UHGV virus genome: UHGV-0268189
DNA from: a virus
DNA: 10,296 nucleotides
Direction: 5' to 3' (one strand)
Shown here: positions 1-7,698 of the stretch, piece by piece
How the letters are laid out: each line of letters opens with the position of its first letter
Numbering within the stretch: position 1 is the stretch's first letter
Made by a program: the position numbers and the translations under genes
The notes under the pieces: model-generated
The model's input: only the letters and a program-made list of their open reading frames with translations
What the model was told of the DNA's origin: nothing
Databases searched by the model: none

Positions 1-1
1 C

Positions 2-136
2 GGTGGCTGGAAGGCATTTTTGTGGAAGCCACCCTATGCATACCGGCAGATAAAGGTGACCTGTGCCGGGTGGTCTGCGCGGGTCGGGATGTTGCGCGTT
101 GAGTTCAGCGCGGAGTTTAAGCAGGTGGTGAACTGA
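2..136 (+). CDS. M: Tail protein M, C-terminal 44 codons plus stop, plus-strand copy, partial at left window edge
   Basis: Frame 2 translates to GGWKAFLWKPPYAYRQIKVTCAGWSARVGMLRVEFSAEFKQVVN*, the native M C-terminus. The same bases recur reverse-complemented at 240-362. Confidence 0.7.
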   Translation, partial: GGWKAFLWKPPYAYRQIKVTCAGWSARVGMLRVEFSAEFKQVVN

Positions 137-246
137 TGCAGGATATTCGAGAAGAAAGTCTGAGCGAGTCGGTTAAATCAGAGCAGTCACCGCGGGTGGT
201 ACTCTGGGAAATTGACCTGACGGTGCAGGGTGGTGAGCGTGCTTAA
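136..246 (+). pseudogene. L: Tail protein L, N-terminal 35 codons only, truncated at foldback junction
   Basis: ATG at 136 overlaps the M stop (TGATG). Translation MQDIREESLSESVKSEQSPRVVLWEIDLTVQGGER matches the lambda L N-terminus, then homology ends at 240 and a stop follows at 244-246. Confidence 0.7.
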
Positions 247-556
247 ACTCCGCGCTGAACTCAACGCGCAACATCCCGACCCGCGCAGACCACCCGGCAC
301 AGGTCACCTTTATCTGCCGGTATGCATAGGGTGGCTTCCACAAAAATGCCTTCCAGCCACCGTGCTCTGCCAGGAACGCTTCCAGATGCCGGGCCTCCTC
401 CCGGGTCACGGAAAGCGTCACCCTGTATGTTTTCAGGTCAGCATTCAGCCCTGCCGCCATACGCTGTGAGTACCCGTCACCAAAACGCACTTCACGCACC
501 GATGGCTGCGAGTTCACCTCCATATCCGGCTTCACTTTCCAGCGAAAGGTTTTCAT
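173..556 (-). CDS. M: Tail protein M, first 105 codons native, last 22 codons aberrant read-through across the foldback junction
   Basis: MKTFRWKVKP...RVEFSAEFK matches lambda M; after K (242-244) the ORF reads the reverse complement of the L start (HAHHPAPSGQ...) instead of QVVN*. ATG overlaps the H stop. Confidence 0.8.
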   Translation of the reverse strand: MKTFRWKVKPDMEVNSQPSVREVRFGDGYSQRMAAGLNADLKTYRVTLSVTREEARHLEAFLAEHGGWKAFLWKPPYAYRQIKVTCAGWSARVGMLRVEFSAEFKHAHHPAPSGQFPRVPPAVTALI

Positions 557-3165
557 CCACCGCTCCCTGATAACATACCGCCATCACGCAACTGCAGCCG
601 GAGTTCATCCTGTGCCCCCTTGCGGGCCATCTCATACACCGCTTTCATCAGCTGCGGCCCTGCCCGCCCGTTGGGGCCGTCGTTCTGAATCACCACGTGA
701 TTGTTCTGATTAAAATTAATGCCTTCCGCCCGCCGCATCTGCGCCGGACTTCCGGCACCGCCGACATAACCACCTTCCGCATAGCCCCGCATCAGGCGGT
801 ACAGATTGCCGACACCAATCCGGCTGGTCGCCTCCTTCGTGAAGACAAACTCCCCGCGATGAACAATCCCCGCAGGTTCATATTTACCCCCCGTCCCCGT
901 AAATCCCCCGGTCGCGAAATGGAAGTTCGCCGCCGCAGCCTGAATGGCTGTACCGCCTGACGCGGATGCGCCGCCACCAACAGCCCCGCCAATGGCGCTG
1001 CCGATACTCCCGACTATCCCCACCATCGCCTGCTTCAGAAAAATCTCTGTCAGCATGGACAGCACAGAACGGGTGAAACCACGCCAGTTCTGTTCGCTGC
1101 CGGTCAGCATCGCTGCCATATTCTGTGCAATACCGTCAAAGGTCTGCGTGGCCGCGTTTTTAACCTGCGAAAAACTGTCCGTCGCACTTTCCGCCCACTC
1201 GCCCCAGCCGGACTTCATCCCGGCCATCCAGCTTCCACGAAGCTGCTCCTCCGCAGACCAGGTGTTCTTCAGTGCAGATGTGGCCTTCGCCAGCGCAACC
1301 GGATTATCACCGTACACCTCACGAAGGCGCTGCTCTTCCGACTCCCGCTGCGCCTGACGGTCGGTGAGTCCGCGGGCTTTTGCGCTGATTGCCGCCTGCT
1401 TCGCGCTCTGCTGCTGTTCAAACCGCGCCGCCTGCTGTGCCAGCTCATTCAGCCGTTTCTGGTGTTCAATCTTGTCGCCCAGCTCAGCCAGCTGGCGTTT
1501 GTACTCCAGCGTTTCTTTCTCATGGGCCAGCAGGGATTTTTCCTGCTCAGATAACTGCCGTTTCGTGGCAGCCTCTTTCAGGACCGCATACTGACTTTCC
1601 GCCTTCCATAAATCACGGCGCTGCCGGCTGATTTTCTCATTCGCACCGCTGTGTTTTTCCAGCGTCCTGAGCTCAGCTTCAAGGGCAAGCAGAGCCTCTC
1701 TTGCCTGCTCCTCTTCCCTCTCCCCGGCAGAGCGCGTTTTCGGTGATGTATGCTTTTTACCTGTCAGCTCTTCAGCCAGACGGCTGACGGCTTCCTGCTG
1801 CCCAGGACCTTTGCTGACGCCTGTTGCACGCGAGCGGTTGATGTACCCCATTTCCCCCTGGCGTATACGCGCATCCCGTTCCGCAATGGATTTTCTCAGC
1901 GCCAGTTCATCGCGTTTTGTTTTCTCAATAAATACGCGGTTCTCTTCTGCCAGTTCACCAAACAACGCACCAACGCCGGGCACATTCTTTGTCGTTTCCC
2001 AGGCTGACTGAATAAATTCAGCCAGCGCCAGATCCCCCTGCACAAGCAGCAGCTTCACCTGTTCAACGGTTCCGGCCACCACGTCAGTGATCAGACTGAG
2101 TGCCCCCAGTGTATGATCACCTATCCATGCCCATGCGTCAGAAGTCCAGGTTTTAACATCGTCCCAGATTTTTTCCACCGGCGTGGCCGCTTTATCAAGT
2201 TGCTCCAGACGTGCATTCATGACATCCGCAAACAGGGACATCGCCTCCGTCACCGCAGCCTGTTTACCTTTCGTGCGCTCAAGCTCATCAATATGGCGTA
2301 ACTGGGAAACGCTCAGGAAGTTATACTGCTGATTCAGGGAGGCCAGCGCCTTCACCGGATCTGCTGCAATCCCTTCAAAGGCTTTTTCCACCTTCCCGGC
2401 ATCGTCCCCCACCGTCTGCAGCCATCTCTGAGAGGTTTCCCCCATGATCCGTAGCTGCCCGGCGGTATATTTCCCGCTTTCTGCCAGACGGGCCAGATTT
2501 TCTGCCGCCTGTCTGATACCACCACCGGCTTCATCGCTGATCACCCCGGCCATTTTCCACAATTCTGCCGTTGTGGTGGCAGCCGCCCCTCCGGTCAGGA
2601 TCAGTGAACGCAATAAGGCCCGGTCAGCCTGCTCTGCCTGCCAGGCGGCGGCAGCAAGCGCGGCCAGTACGGCAACCCCGCCACCTGCCGCCACACGGGC
2701 CACCGACATAAATCGTCCCAGCTCACCGGCATTCCGGGCATTTTCAGCCAGTGCATTTGCCGTATCTGACAGCGACTCCTCTGATGATTCAGAGGCATCC
2801 CTGATCCCGAGAAGTTCCTCCTTCAGCAGGGTAAGCAGGCTGAGCGGTCCACCGAATGAATCGCTGATCTGCCCCCCCTGCTGCAGCATGATAAGGAAGG
2901 GATTCTGACCACCGGCAAGCTGAGTGACAATATCCGTGAACTGTGCGGGCAGTGTGCGCATGGCAGCCTTATACTGTCCGACTGATATCCCGGCTTTTTG
3001 TGCAGCCAGCGCCTGTCGGCTCAGCCCCTGTTCAACAGTACTGGCGGTTTTTCTGGCATCCGCCTCCAGACTGGAAAAATGACGGCGTACCCGGGCCATC
3101 TGTTCATCAAACCGGGCCGCATCCAGACTCAAATCAATAACCAGATCACCCGCTGGCTGGGACAT
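553..3165 (-). CDS. H: Tail tape measure protein H (870 aa)
   Basis: N-terminus MSQPAGDLVIDLSLDAARFDEQMARVRRHF and C-terminal third (LWKAESQ...GGFTGTGGKYEPAGIVHRGEFVFTKEATSRIGVGNLYRLMRGYA) match lambda H; central region diverged. RBS GGAGGTG 6 nt upstream. Confidence 0.92.
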   Translation of the reverse strand: MSQPAGDLVIDLSLDAARFDEQMARVRRHFSSLEADARKTASTVEQGLSRQALAAQKAGISVGQYKAAMRTLPAQFTDIVTQLAGGQNPFLIMLQQGGQISDSFGGPLSLLTLLKEELLGIRDASESSEESLSDTANALAENARNAGELGRFMSVARVAAGGGVAVLAALAAAAWQAEQADRALLRSLILTGGAAATTTAELWKMAGVISDEAGGGIRQAAENLARLAESGKYTAGQLRIMGETSQRWLQTVGDDAGKVEKAFEGIAADPVKALASLNQQYNFLSVSQLRHIDELERTKGKQAAVTEAMSLFADVMNARLEQLDKAATPVEKIWDDVKTWTSDAWAWIGDHTLGALSLITDVVAGTVEQVKLLLVQGDLALAEFIQSAWETTKNVPGVGALFGELAEENRVFIEKTKRDELALRKSIAERDARIRQGEMGYINRSRATGVSKGPGQQEAVSRLAEELTGKKHTSPKTRSAGEREEEQAREALLALEAELRTLEKHSGANEKISRQRRDLWKAESQYAVLKEAATKRQLSEQEKSLLAHEKETLEYKRQLAELGDKIEHQKRLNELAQQAARFEQQQSAKQAAISAKARGLTDRQAQRESEEQRLREVYGDNPVALAKATSALKNTWSAEEQLRGSWMAGMKSGWGEWAESATDSFSQVKNAATQTFDGIAQNMAAMLTGSEQNWRGFTRSVLSMLTEIFLKQAMVGIVGSIGSAIGGAVGGGASASGGTAIQAAAANFHFATGGFTGTGGKYEPAGIVHRGEFVFTKEATSRIGVGNLYRLMRGYAEGGYVGGAGSPAQMRRAEGINFNQNNHVVIQNDGPNGRAGPQLMKAVYEMARKGAQDELRLQLRDGGMLSGSGG

Positions 3166-4008
3166 ATCTCACACCTCCGGAAATCCCCGCTGAAGCCATC
3201 ATTAATGCAACATCATCCTCGCTGACATCCACCACATCCGCAGAAGGTGAAATATCGCGCCCTCCGTCCCCTCTGAACCGGACGCCTCCGGCAACTCCTG
3301 TCGCTTTCTGCATCAGCATTTCTTCCTCGTCCGGCATCTCCGTCTGCTCTTCCTCACACGCTGGAGCAAGCAGACTGAAATCCGCCGGATGCATATCCGG
3401 ATCGCCAAAAAACAGGCTGAGTACGGCGTACATCAGCCCGGAAAAATGAGCGTCCAGTTGGGTATCCTGAAAATAATGCGTGCAGTAAAAACGTCGCCAG
3501 TCGGCATATTCGGTGGATGTCATCCCGGCAAGCATGGCGCGCCAGTCGGGTCTCCCCATCTCTCGCGCCAGTTTCAGGACAAAGTTCAGCTCGCCTTCGA
3601 ATGCTTTTTTGATGTTACCGGCTCAGTCGCTTCTGCTTTCCCGGTTTGTTCAGGATCGGCATCGTGCCGGTTATCCAGCATACCTGAAAGATAAAGCACC
3701 CGGTTCGTTGCCTGATTCAGTGCATCAGCAGGCCATCCCAGCATCACTTCACGGCGGATCTGCTGCATCTCTGTCTCCGGAGAGGCCAGAGTGCCTTTGA
3801 GGGAATGGGTATGCCATAGCGACATCGCCACAAGCAGGGATGCCGTTTCCAGATATCGCTGGTTAATGTGCACGACATCATGCTTCGTTGTCTCCTGTTG
3901 TTCTGCGTCTGAAACAAACTTTATATAATCAAACCGCTGCAGCGCAGACAATTCGGAAAGCGTGACGGACATACCGTTATATTCAAATTGTTCTGTTTTC
4001 AGAAACAT
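3146..4008 (-). CDS. T: Tail assembly chaperone G-T fusion made by programmed -1 frameshift from G into the T frame
   Basis: The -1 frame is open from 3622 down to the stop at 3146 and encodes ...AFEGELNFVLKLAREMGRPDWRAMLAGMTSTEYADWRRFY..., matching lambda T. It has no independent start upstream and overlaps the G 3' end, as in lambda G/GT. Confidence 0.8.
3172..3178 (-). promoter_or_regulatory. Ribosome binding site for H (GGAGGTG)
   Basis: Reverse complement of cacctcc, 6 nt upstream of the H ATG at 3165. Confidence 0.6.
3586..4008 (-). CDS. G: Tail assembly chaperone G (140 aa)
   Basis: MFLKTEQFEYNGMSVTLSELSALQR... matches lambda G (MFLKTESFEHNGVTVTLSELSALQR). RBS GGAGGT at 4014-4019. 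Position between V and H. Confidence 0.9.
   Translation of the reverse strand: MFLKTEQFEYNGMSVTLSELSALQRFDYIKFVSDAEQQETTKHDVVHINQRYLETASLLVAMSLWHTHSLKGTLASPETEMQQIRREVMLGWPADALNQATNRVLYLSGMLDNRHDADPEQTGKAEATEPVTSKKHSKAS
3604..3610 (-). promoter_or_regulatory. -1 ribosomal frameshift slippery heptamer A AAA AAG for G to G-T
   Basis: Minus strand ...aca tca aaa aag cat...: zero-frame codons AAA AAG preceded by A. It lies 3' of the T-frame stop (3623-3625) and 5' of the G stop (3586-3588), the only interval where a shift can yield GT. Confidence 0.7.
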
Positions 4009-4013
4009 GTATT

Positions 4014-4019
4014 ACCTCC
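4014..4019 (-). promoter_or_regulatory. Ribosome binding site for G (GGAGGT)
   Basis: Reverse complement of acctcc, 5 nt upstream of the G ATG at 4008. Confidence 0.6.
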
Positions 4020-4260
4020 GTTTACCCTGCAGCGCCCGCTTCAGTAACGGTGACTTCAGCCACTGCGGCGAACTGACCATTTCCGCTCACCACAGGGATC
4101 TGCACCTTACCTGTCGCCACGCCGTTTACCGTAATTGTCATATCTTTCACACTAATGGTGGCTTTCGACGGATCGGCGGAAACCGCTCTGAACGTCTTGT
4201 CGGTTGCACTTTCCGGCTCAAAAGAAACCGTCAGGGTGGTTGTTTTCCCTTTTGCCACCG

Positions 4261-4509
4261 TACCGGATGTCGGCGTCACCTTAATCGCACTGACCGGCGT
4301 AATTTTGCTGCGTTCTTCCGAAATCCGTTTTCCGAATGGCACGGTGGATGTGTTTCGTGGCTGGGTCAGCAGTATCGGTAAGGCCGTGACGGCGAAAGAA
4401 GTGATCACCCGCACGGTGAAAGTCACTAACGTGGGTAAACCTTCTGTAGCGGAAGAACGCAGCAAAATTACGCCGGTCAGTGCGATTAAGGTGACGCCGA
4501 CATCCGGTA
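4261..4509. repeat. Perfect 60-bp inverted repeat, arms 4261-4320 and 4450-4509 (V codons [19 protein letters not shown])
   Basis: Reverse complement of 4450-4509 equals 4261-4320 exactly by direct comparison. Confidence 0.9.
4321..4509 (+). other. V-gene internal segment (codons about 109-172) in inverted, plus orientation
   Basis: Plus-strand translation [63 protein letters not shown] is collinear with lambda V ([39 protein letters not shown]...), opposite to the rest of the gene. Confidence 0.85.
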
Positions 4510-4564
4510 AGGTGGAAAACCCAGCCACGAAACACATCCACCGTGCCATTCGGAAAACGGATTT
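4321..4564. repeat. Perfect 46-bp inverted repeat, arms 4321-4366 and 4519-4564 (V codons [15 protein letters not shown])
   Basis: Reverse complement of 4321-4366 equals 4519-4564 exactly; mismatch at both flanks. Confidence 0.9.
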
Positions 4565-4896
4565 TATAGGCCCGGACATCGCCGCTTTCAAACCAGCCTA
4601 TAAGCCCTTTCTGGCCTTCCTCTCCCGGTTTCCAGGCCAGCGTAAAACTGGTATCACCTGCAGATTTCTGCCCCTGCCCGGTCGCGGTCCAGTCCGCGTC
4701 TTCATCATCCAGGTAGTTATCATCGTAGGATTCTGCCGTCATCTCGCCCGGCGTCAGATCCTTCACCTTAGCCAGTCGCTGCCAGTCATCGTCTGACAAC
4801 GGGTTTGCATAAGCATCACCCTTGCCGTTGTAAACCCACAGAGTGGTACCGGCACCTTTTACCGGCTCAAGGGGATTTGGTGTTGCCATATCGTCC

Positions 4897-5292
4897 TCAC
4901 ATCTCGTATGTAATGGAATAAGTCAGATCTGCAGAACTCCATAACGCCATATCGTCATCACGACGATACTCATAGCCCTGCGTAACCATCGTGGTAATCA
5001 GTCCTGCCAGTGCCGGGATCGCAGTCATCGCCGGGTAAATCCGGCTTTCCATCCACTGATCAAGCTCTGAATCCGGTACCTGTGCCGGTAAAAACACCTC
5101 AATATGCAGCGTGGCCCGCCAGGTATCTGCATCCAGCTCTTCACCGGTATACTCTGCATCCGTCAGATAAACCGCGATCGCAGGAAAATCCTCTTCGTCA
5201 AAAACAACGGGGCGACCATCAAACAGCGTCGCCCCGTGTTCATGCTGCTCGAGTGCATCCAGCACTGCGGCACGAATGTCAGTGTGTTTCAT
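4897..5292 (-). CDS. U: Tail terminator protein U (131 aa)
   Basis: [28 protein letters not shown]...[11 protein letters not shown] matches lambda U ([28 protein letters not shown]...). 396 nt as in lambda; ATGA overlap with Z. Confidence 0.9.
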   Translation of the reverse strand: MKHTDIRAAVLDALEQHEHGATLFDGRPVVFDEEDFPAIAVYLTDAEYTGEELDADTWRATLHIEVFLPAQVPDSELDQWMESRIYPAMTAIPALAGLITTMVTQGYEYRRDDDMALWSSADLTYSITYEM

Positions 5293-5864
5293 CGTTTTAT
5301 TGCAATCCTCAGTTGTTGTTTCAGCGCGTATGCCAGTTCTTTAGGCAGGCGTTCACGCCGGATACGGTCAACATTCTCATCAAATGCCTGTTTCAGTGGG
5401 GCCGCCATCGGGATTTTCACCACCTGAATGGGAAGGCGATTACGCTTTTTCCTTCCCTTGTCGTCATTGCCCTCCTCATATCTGGCCTGGGGAAGACGTT
5501 GCATAACATGCCAGCGCCCATTATTTAATCGCTGGATAAATGCCCGCTGATAACGATGCTGACCGGCTTTGAGTATGCTGTTCGGACGACGCCCCAGCAT
5601 TCTGATCCCCAGCTTAATCACAGGGAGATCACCGCGGTTAACGATAATTCTGGCATTCGGATTTCTGACCGTCGCCCGTTTCAGTCTGGACCGTTCCTTT
5701 ACCAGTTTCCGTCTCACCCTGGTTTCCCGGGCAACCTGTGACGAAGACTGATTAATCGCCGTTGTGGCCACGCGGTTAATGGTCATTGCAGAAGCAGCCG
5801 GAATGGCGTTTTTACGAACCCGGCTCAGATTATCAATCGCCTGATCAAGCCCTTTTATCGCCAT
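5289..5864 (-). CDS. Z: Tail completion protein Z (191 aa)
   Basis: MAIKGLDQAIDNLSRVRKNAIPAASAMTINRVA...[25 protein letters not shown] matches lambda Z at both termini; central part diverged. Confidence 0.88.
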   Translation of the reverse strand: MAIKGLDQAIDNLSRVRKNAIPAASAMTINRVATTAINQSSSQVARETRVRRKLVKERSRLKRATVRNPNARIIVNRGDLPVIKLGIRMLGRRPNSILKAGQHRYQRAFIQRLNNGRWHVMQRLPQARYEEGNDDKGRKKRNRLPIQVVKIPMAAPLKQAFDENVDRIRRERLPKELAYALKQQLRIAIKR

Positions 5865-5879
5865 AATTTCACCCTGCGT

Positions 5880-6233
5880 TTATCGTCGCCGGTTAACAGC
5901 GGGTGGTTGCCCACGGTTGAGCCAGAGATAACAGCTTCCACCATCATCCGGCGAAACCCGGTCTATCCAGAAGTTTTCCTCACCGATGGTCAGCGTGTCT
6001 CCACGCCGCAGTTGCCGCACATCATCAGTCCGGACAAACAGGGACGGGCTGGAGCCTTCAACGCGCACGCCCTGTCCGGCATAGCTGATATTTTCAGGGT
6101 CATCAAAAACACCACGTATTACTGCGCCGGACTGCTCACCGGATGTCATGGTGGCTGACGTTCCCATGTACCCGCGTATCGTTTCATCGGCGCGGGCAAT
6201 GGCAGCATCGAACAGGTTATCGAAATCAGCCAC
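5880..6233 (-). CDS. FII: Head-tail joining protein FII (117 aa)
   Basis: MADFDNLFDAAIARADETIRGYMGTSATMTSGEQSGAVIRGVFDDPENISYAGQGVRVEGSS... near-identical to lambda FII; 354 nt as in lambda. Confidence 0.92.
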   Translation of the reverse strand: MADFDNLFDAAIARADETIRGYMGTSATMTSGEQSGAVIRGVFDDPENISYAGQGVRVEGSSPSLFVRTDDVRQLRRGDTLTIGEENFWIDRVSPDDGGSCYLWLNRGQPPAVNRRR

Positions 6234-6244
6234 AGCGCCTCCCG

Positions 6245-6631
6245 TTATTGCATTCTGGCCAGGCCGCGCTCTGTCATTTCAGCTGCCACACCGGCAGAGA
6301 CACGGAACGCCGTTCCCGGCAGCACAAATGCCACAGTGTCATCCCGCGTGGCGTGAAGTGCATCAGTATGCAGCGTCACCAGTGCCACAACCGTGACCAG
6401 ATCAGCCGTATCAGTCACGGTATCCGGCTGCGCTGATACAACCTCATTTTCATGTCCGGTCAGCGCATTTTCCGGGCTGATAGGGGTATCCTGATCGGCA
6501 GTGTCATCAAGCTCCTCTTCCAGCTCTGCCACACGGAGCGCCAGTTCTTCTTTCGTTCCCGTCAGGCTGACATCACGGTTCAGTTGCTCACCCAGCTCCT
6601 GAAGACGGGCAATCAGTTCATCTTTCGTCAT
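6245..6631 (-). CDS. FI: DNA packaging / head completion protein FI (128 aa)
   Basis: Start taken at the internal Met of the 141-aa ORF (MTKDELIARLQELGEQLNRDVSLTGTKEELALRVAEL...), which matches the lambda FI N-terminus and has RBS GAGGAG at 6635-6640. C-terminus ...VAAEMTERGLARMQ matches lambda. Confidence 0.88.
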   Translation of the reverse strand: MTKDELIARLQELGEQLNRDVSLTGTKEELALRVAELEEELDDTADQDTPISPENALTGHENEVVSAQPDTVTDTADLVTVVALVTLHTDALHATRDDTVAFVLPGTAFRVSAGVAAEMTERGLARMQ

Positions 6632-6634
6632 GAA

Positions 6635-6640
6635 CTCCTC
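6635..6640 (-). promoter_or_regulatory. Ribosome binding site for FI (GAGGAG)
   Basis: Reverse complement of ctcctc immediately upstream of the FI ATG at 6631. Confidence 0.5.
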
Positions 6641-6653
6641 CACAGAGAGAAAA

Positions 6654-6669
6654 TGGCCCCGAAGGGCCA
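6654..6669 (-). promoter_or_regulatory. GC-rich stem-loop with UUCG tetraloop in the E-FI intergenic region
   Basis: Sense strand 5'-UGGCCC UUCG GGGCCA-3' (6-bp stem) just after the E stop, followed by UUUUCUCUCU and the FI RBS. Confidence 0.5.
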
Positions 6670-6672
6670 CGA

Positions 6673-7698
6673 TTACGCCAGTTGTACGGAAACGAACTCA
6701 TCAGGGTCAGCCAGCAGCATCAGCGGTGCTGACTGAATCATGGTGAACTCACGCGCCGGATCGCCGGTGGTCACCCAGTTTTTCGGGTAACGGGCAGAGG
6801 CGTTAATGCCTTCGCGCTGTGCATCCGCATCCTGAATGCAGCCATAGGTGCGCAGACCGCGTGCATGAGTGTTACCCAGCACCATCGTGTTGTCCGGCAG
6901 GAAGTTCTTTTTGACGCCGTTTTCCACGTACTGTCCGGAATACACGACGATGGCCACATCGCCATACATTCCCTTATAAGACACCGCTTTGCCCAGGTCT
7001 TTTACCGCTGTCTCCAGTTCGGAATGAGAGCCGCGACGGGTATCCAGCTTCTCCCTGACGGCTTTGAAGGAACGGAACAGCGCCCAGCCTTTCGGGTCAA
7101 ACACGATGATATTCACCACGCCGCTGGCGTTCAGCGCGTAGGCTTCGATATCGTCGGTCGGGTCATACGTGGACTTGTCACGCTTGCTCCACTCCGTGTC
7201 GCCGGACTGTGTGATGTTGTTCGCCGCACTGCGGCCCATATCCACCTCAACCGGATCAAAGGCTTCACCGGTCATGGTGTATTTGCCCTTAAGCACGGCA
7301 GAAACTGCCTGCATCTCTTCGACCTGGGCAATGGCCAGCTCTTCGTCACGCATGTTCTGCATGATGATGCGACGGCGGCGGTAAGCCGGGTCCGCCAGAT
7401 TCTGCGGATCTTCATCCGGCAGGCGACGCAGGGTCATCTGCGGATTCACCTCATGCTTCGGCTTGACATATCCCGGCGTAAATTCAGAGGTGGAGCCGCC
7501 ACGGGAACGGATAACCTCACCGGAAACAATCGGCGAAACGTACAGCGCCATGTTTACCAGTCCCGGAATTTGTGAGAGATAAACTTTCTCCGTGGTGAAG
7601 GGATAGCTCTCACGGAAAAAGAGACGCAGAAACAGCGGATCAAACTTAAATTTATGCTCATTTGCCGCCAGCAGCTGGGCGGTTGTGTACATCGACAT
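6673..7698 (-). CDS. E: Major capsid protein E (341 aa)
   Basis: Start at the Met giving MSMYTTAQLLAANEHKFKFDPLFLRLFFRESYPFTTEKVYLSQIPGLVNMALYVSP..., near-identical to lambda E over its full length; 1026 nt as in lambda. The ORF-track start at 7725 is an upstream in-frame extension. Confidence 0.95.
   Translation of the reverse strand: MSMYTTAQLLAANEHKFKFDPLFLRLFFRESYPFTTEKVYLSQIPGLVNMALYVSPIVSGEVIRSRGGSTSEFTPGYVKPKHEVNPQMTLRRLPDEDPQNLADPAYRRRRIIMQNMRDEELAIAQVEEMQAVSAVLKGKYTMTGEAFDPVEVDMGRSAANNITQSGDTEWSKRDKSTYDPTDDIEAYALNASGVVNIIVFDPKGWALFRSFKAVREKLDTRRGSHSELETAVKDLGKAVSYKGMYGDVAIVVYSGQYVENGVKKNFLPDNTMVLGNTHARGLRTYGCIQDADAQREGINASARYPKNWVTTGDPAREFTMIQSAPLMLLADPDEFVSVQLA

Larger units (their letters stand above)
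1..362. repeat. Perfect inverted repeat, arms 1-123 and 240-362, spacer 116 bp (124-239)
   Basis: Reverse complement of 240-362 equals 1-123 by direct comparison. The left arm is cut by the window edge, so the true arm may be longer. Confidence 0.85.
4022..4889 (-). pseudogene. V: Major tail protein V, disrupted by an internal inverted/duplicated segment
   Basis: N-terminal 124 codons (4889 to 4518, [20 protein letters not shown]...[16 protein letters not shown]) and the C-terminal part (4320 to 4025, [25 protein letters not shown]...VTEAGAAG*) match lambda V on the minus strand. The middle ([28 protein letters not shown]) exists only in plus orientation inside 4321-4509, so the minus reading frame leaves V after FRGWV and stops at 4281. 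Confidence 0.85.

Noticed and set aside
3636-3642. GGGAAAG heptamer near the 3' end of G as the G-T frameshift site
   Set aside because: It lies upstream of a stop codon in the T frame (3623-3625) and is in the wrong register (zero-frame codons GGG AAA). The usable site is A AAA AAG at 3604-3610.
4155-4796. 213-aa plus-strand ORF overlapping V
   Set aside because: Only its central 63 codons are real V sequence in inverted orientation; both flanks are antisense read-through of the minus-strand V arms. It is a by-product of the rearrangement, not a gene.
5400-5520. Possible small insertion in the central part of Z (RYEEGNDDKGRKKRNRLPIQ) next to a short direct repeat
   Set aside because: My recollection of lambda Z in this region is not reliable enough to separate an indel from ordinary divergence, and the reading frame is intact.
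6865-7575. 236-aa plus-strand ORF, and similar plus-strand ORFs at 944-1357, 2444-2908, 5010-5528 and 8738-9229
   Set aside because: All lie antisense to strongly supported, lambda-homologous minus-strand genes (E, H, Z/U, C). They have no homology signal or convincing RBS and are typical GC-rich antisense frames.
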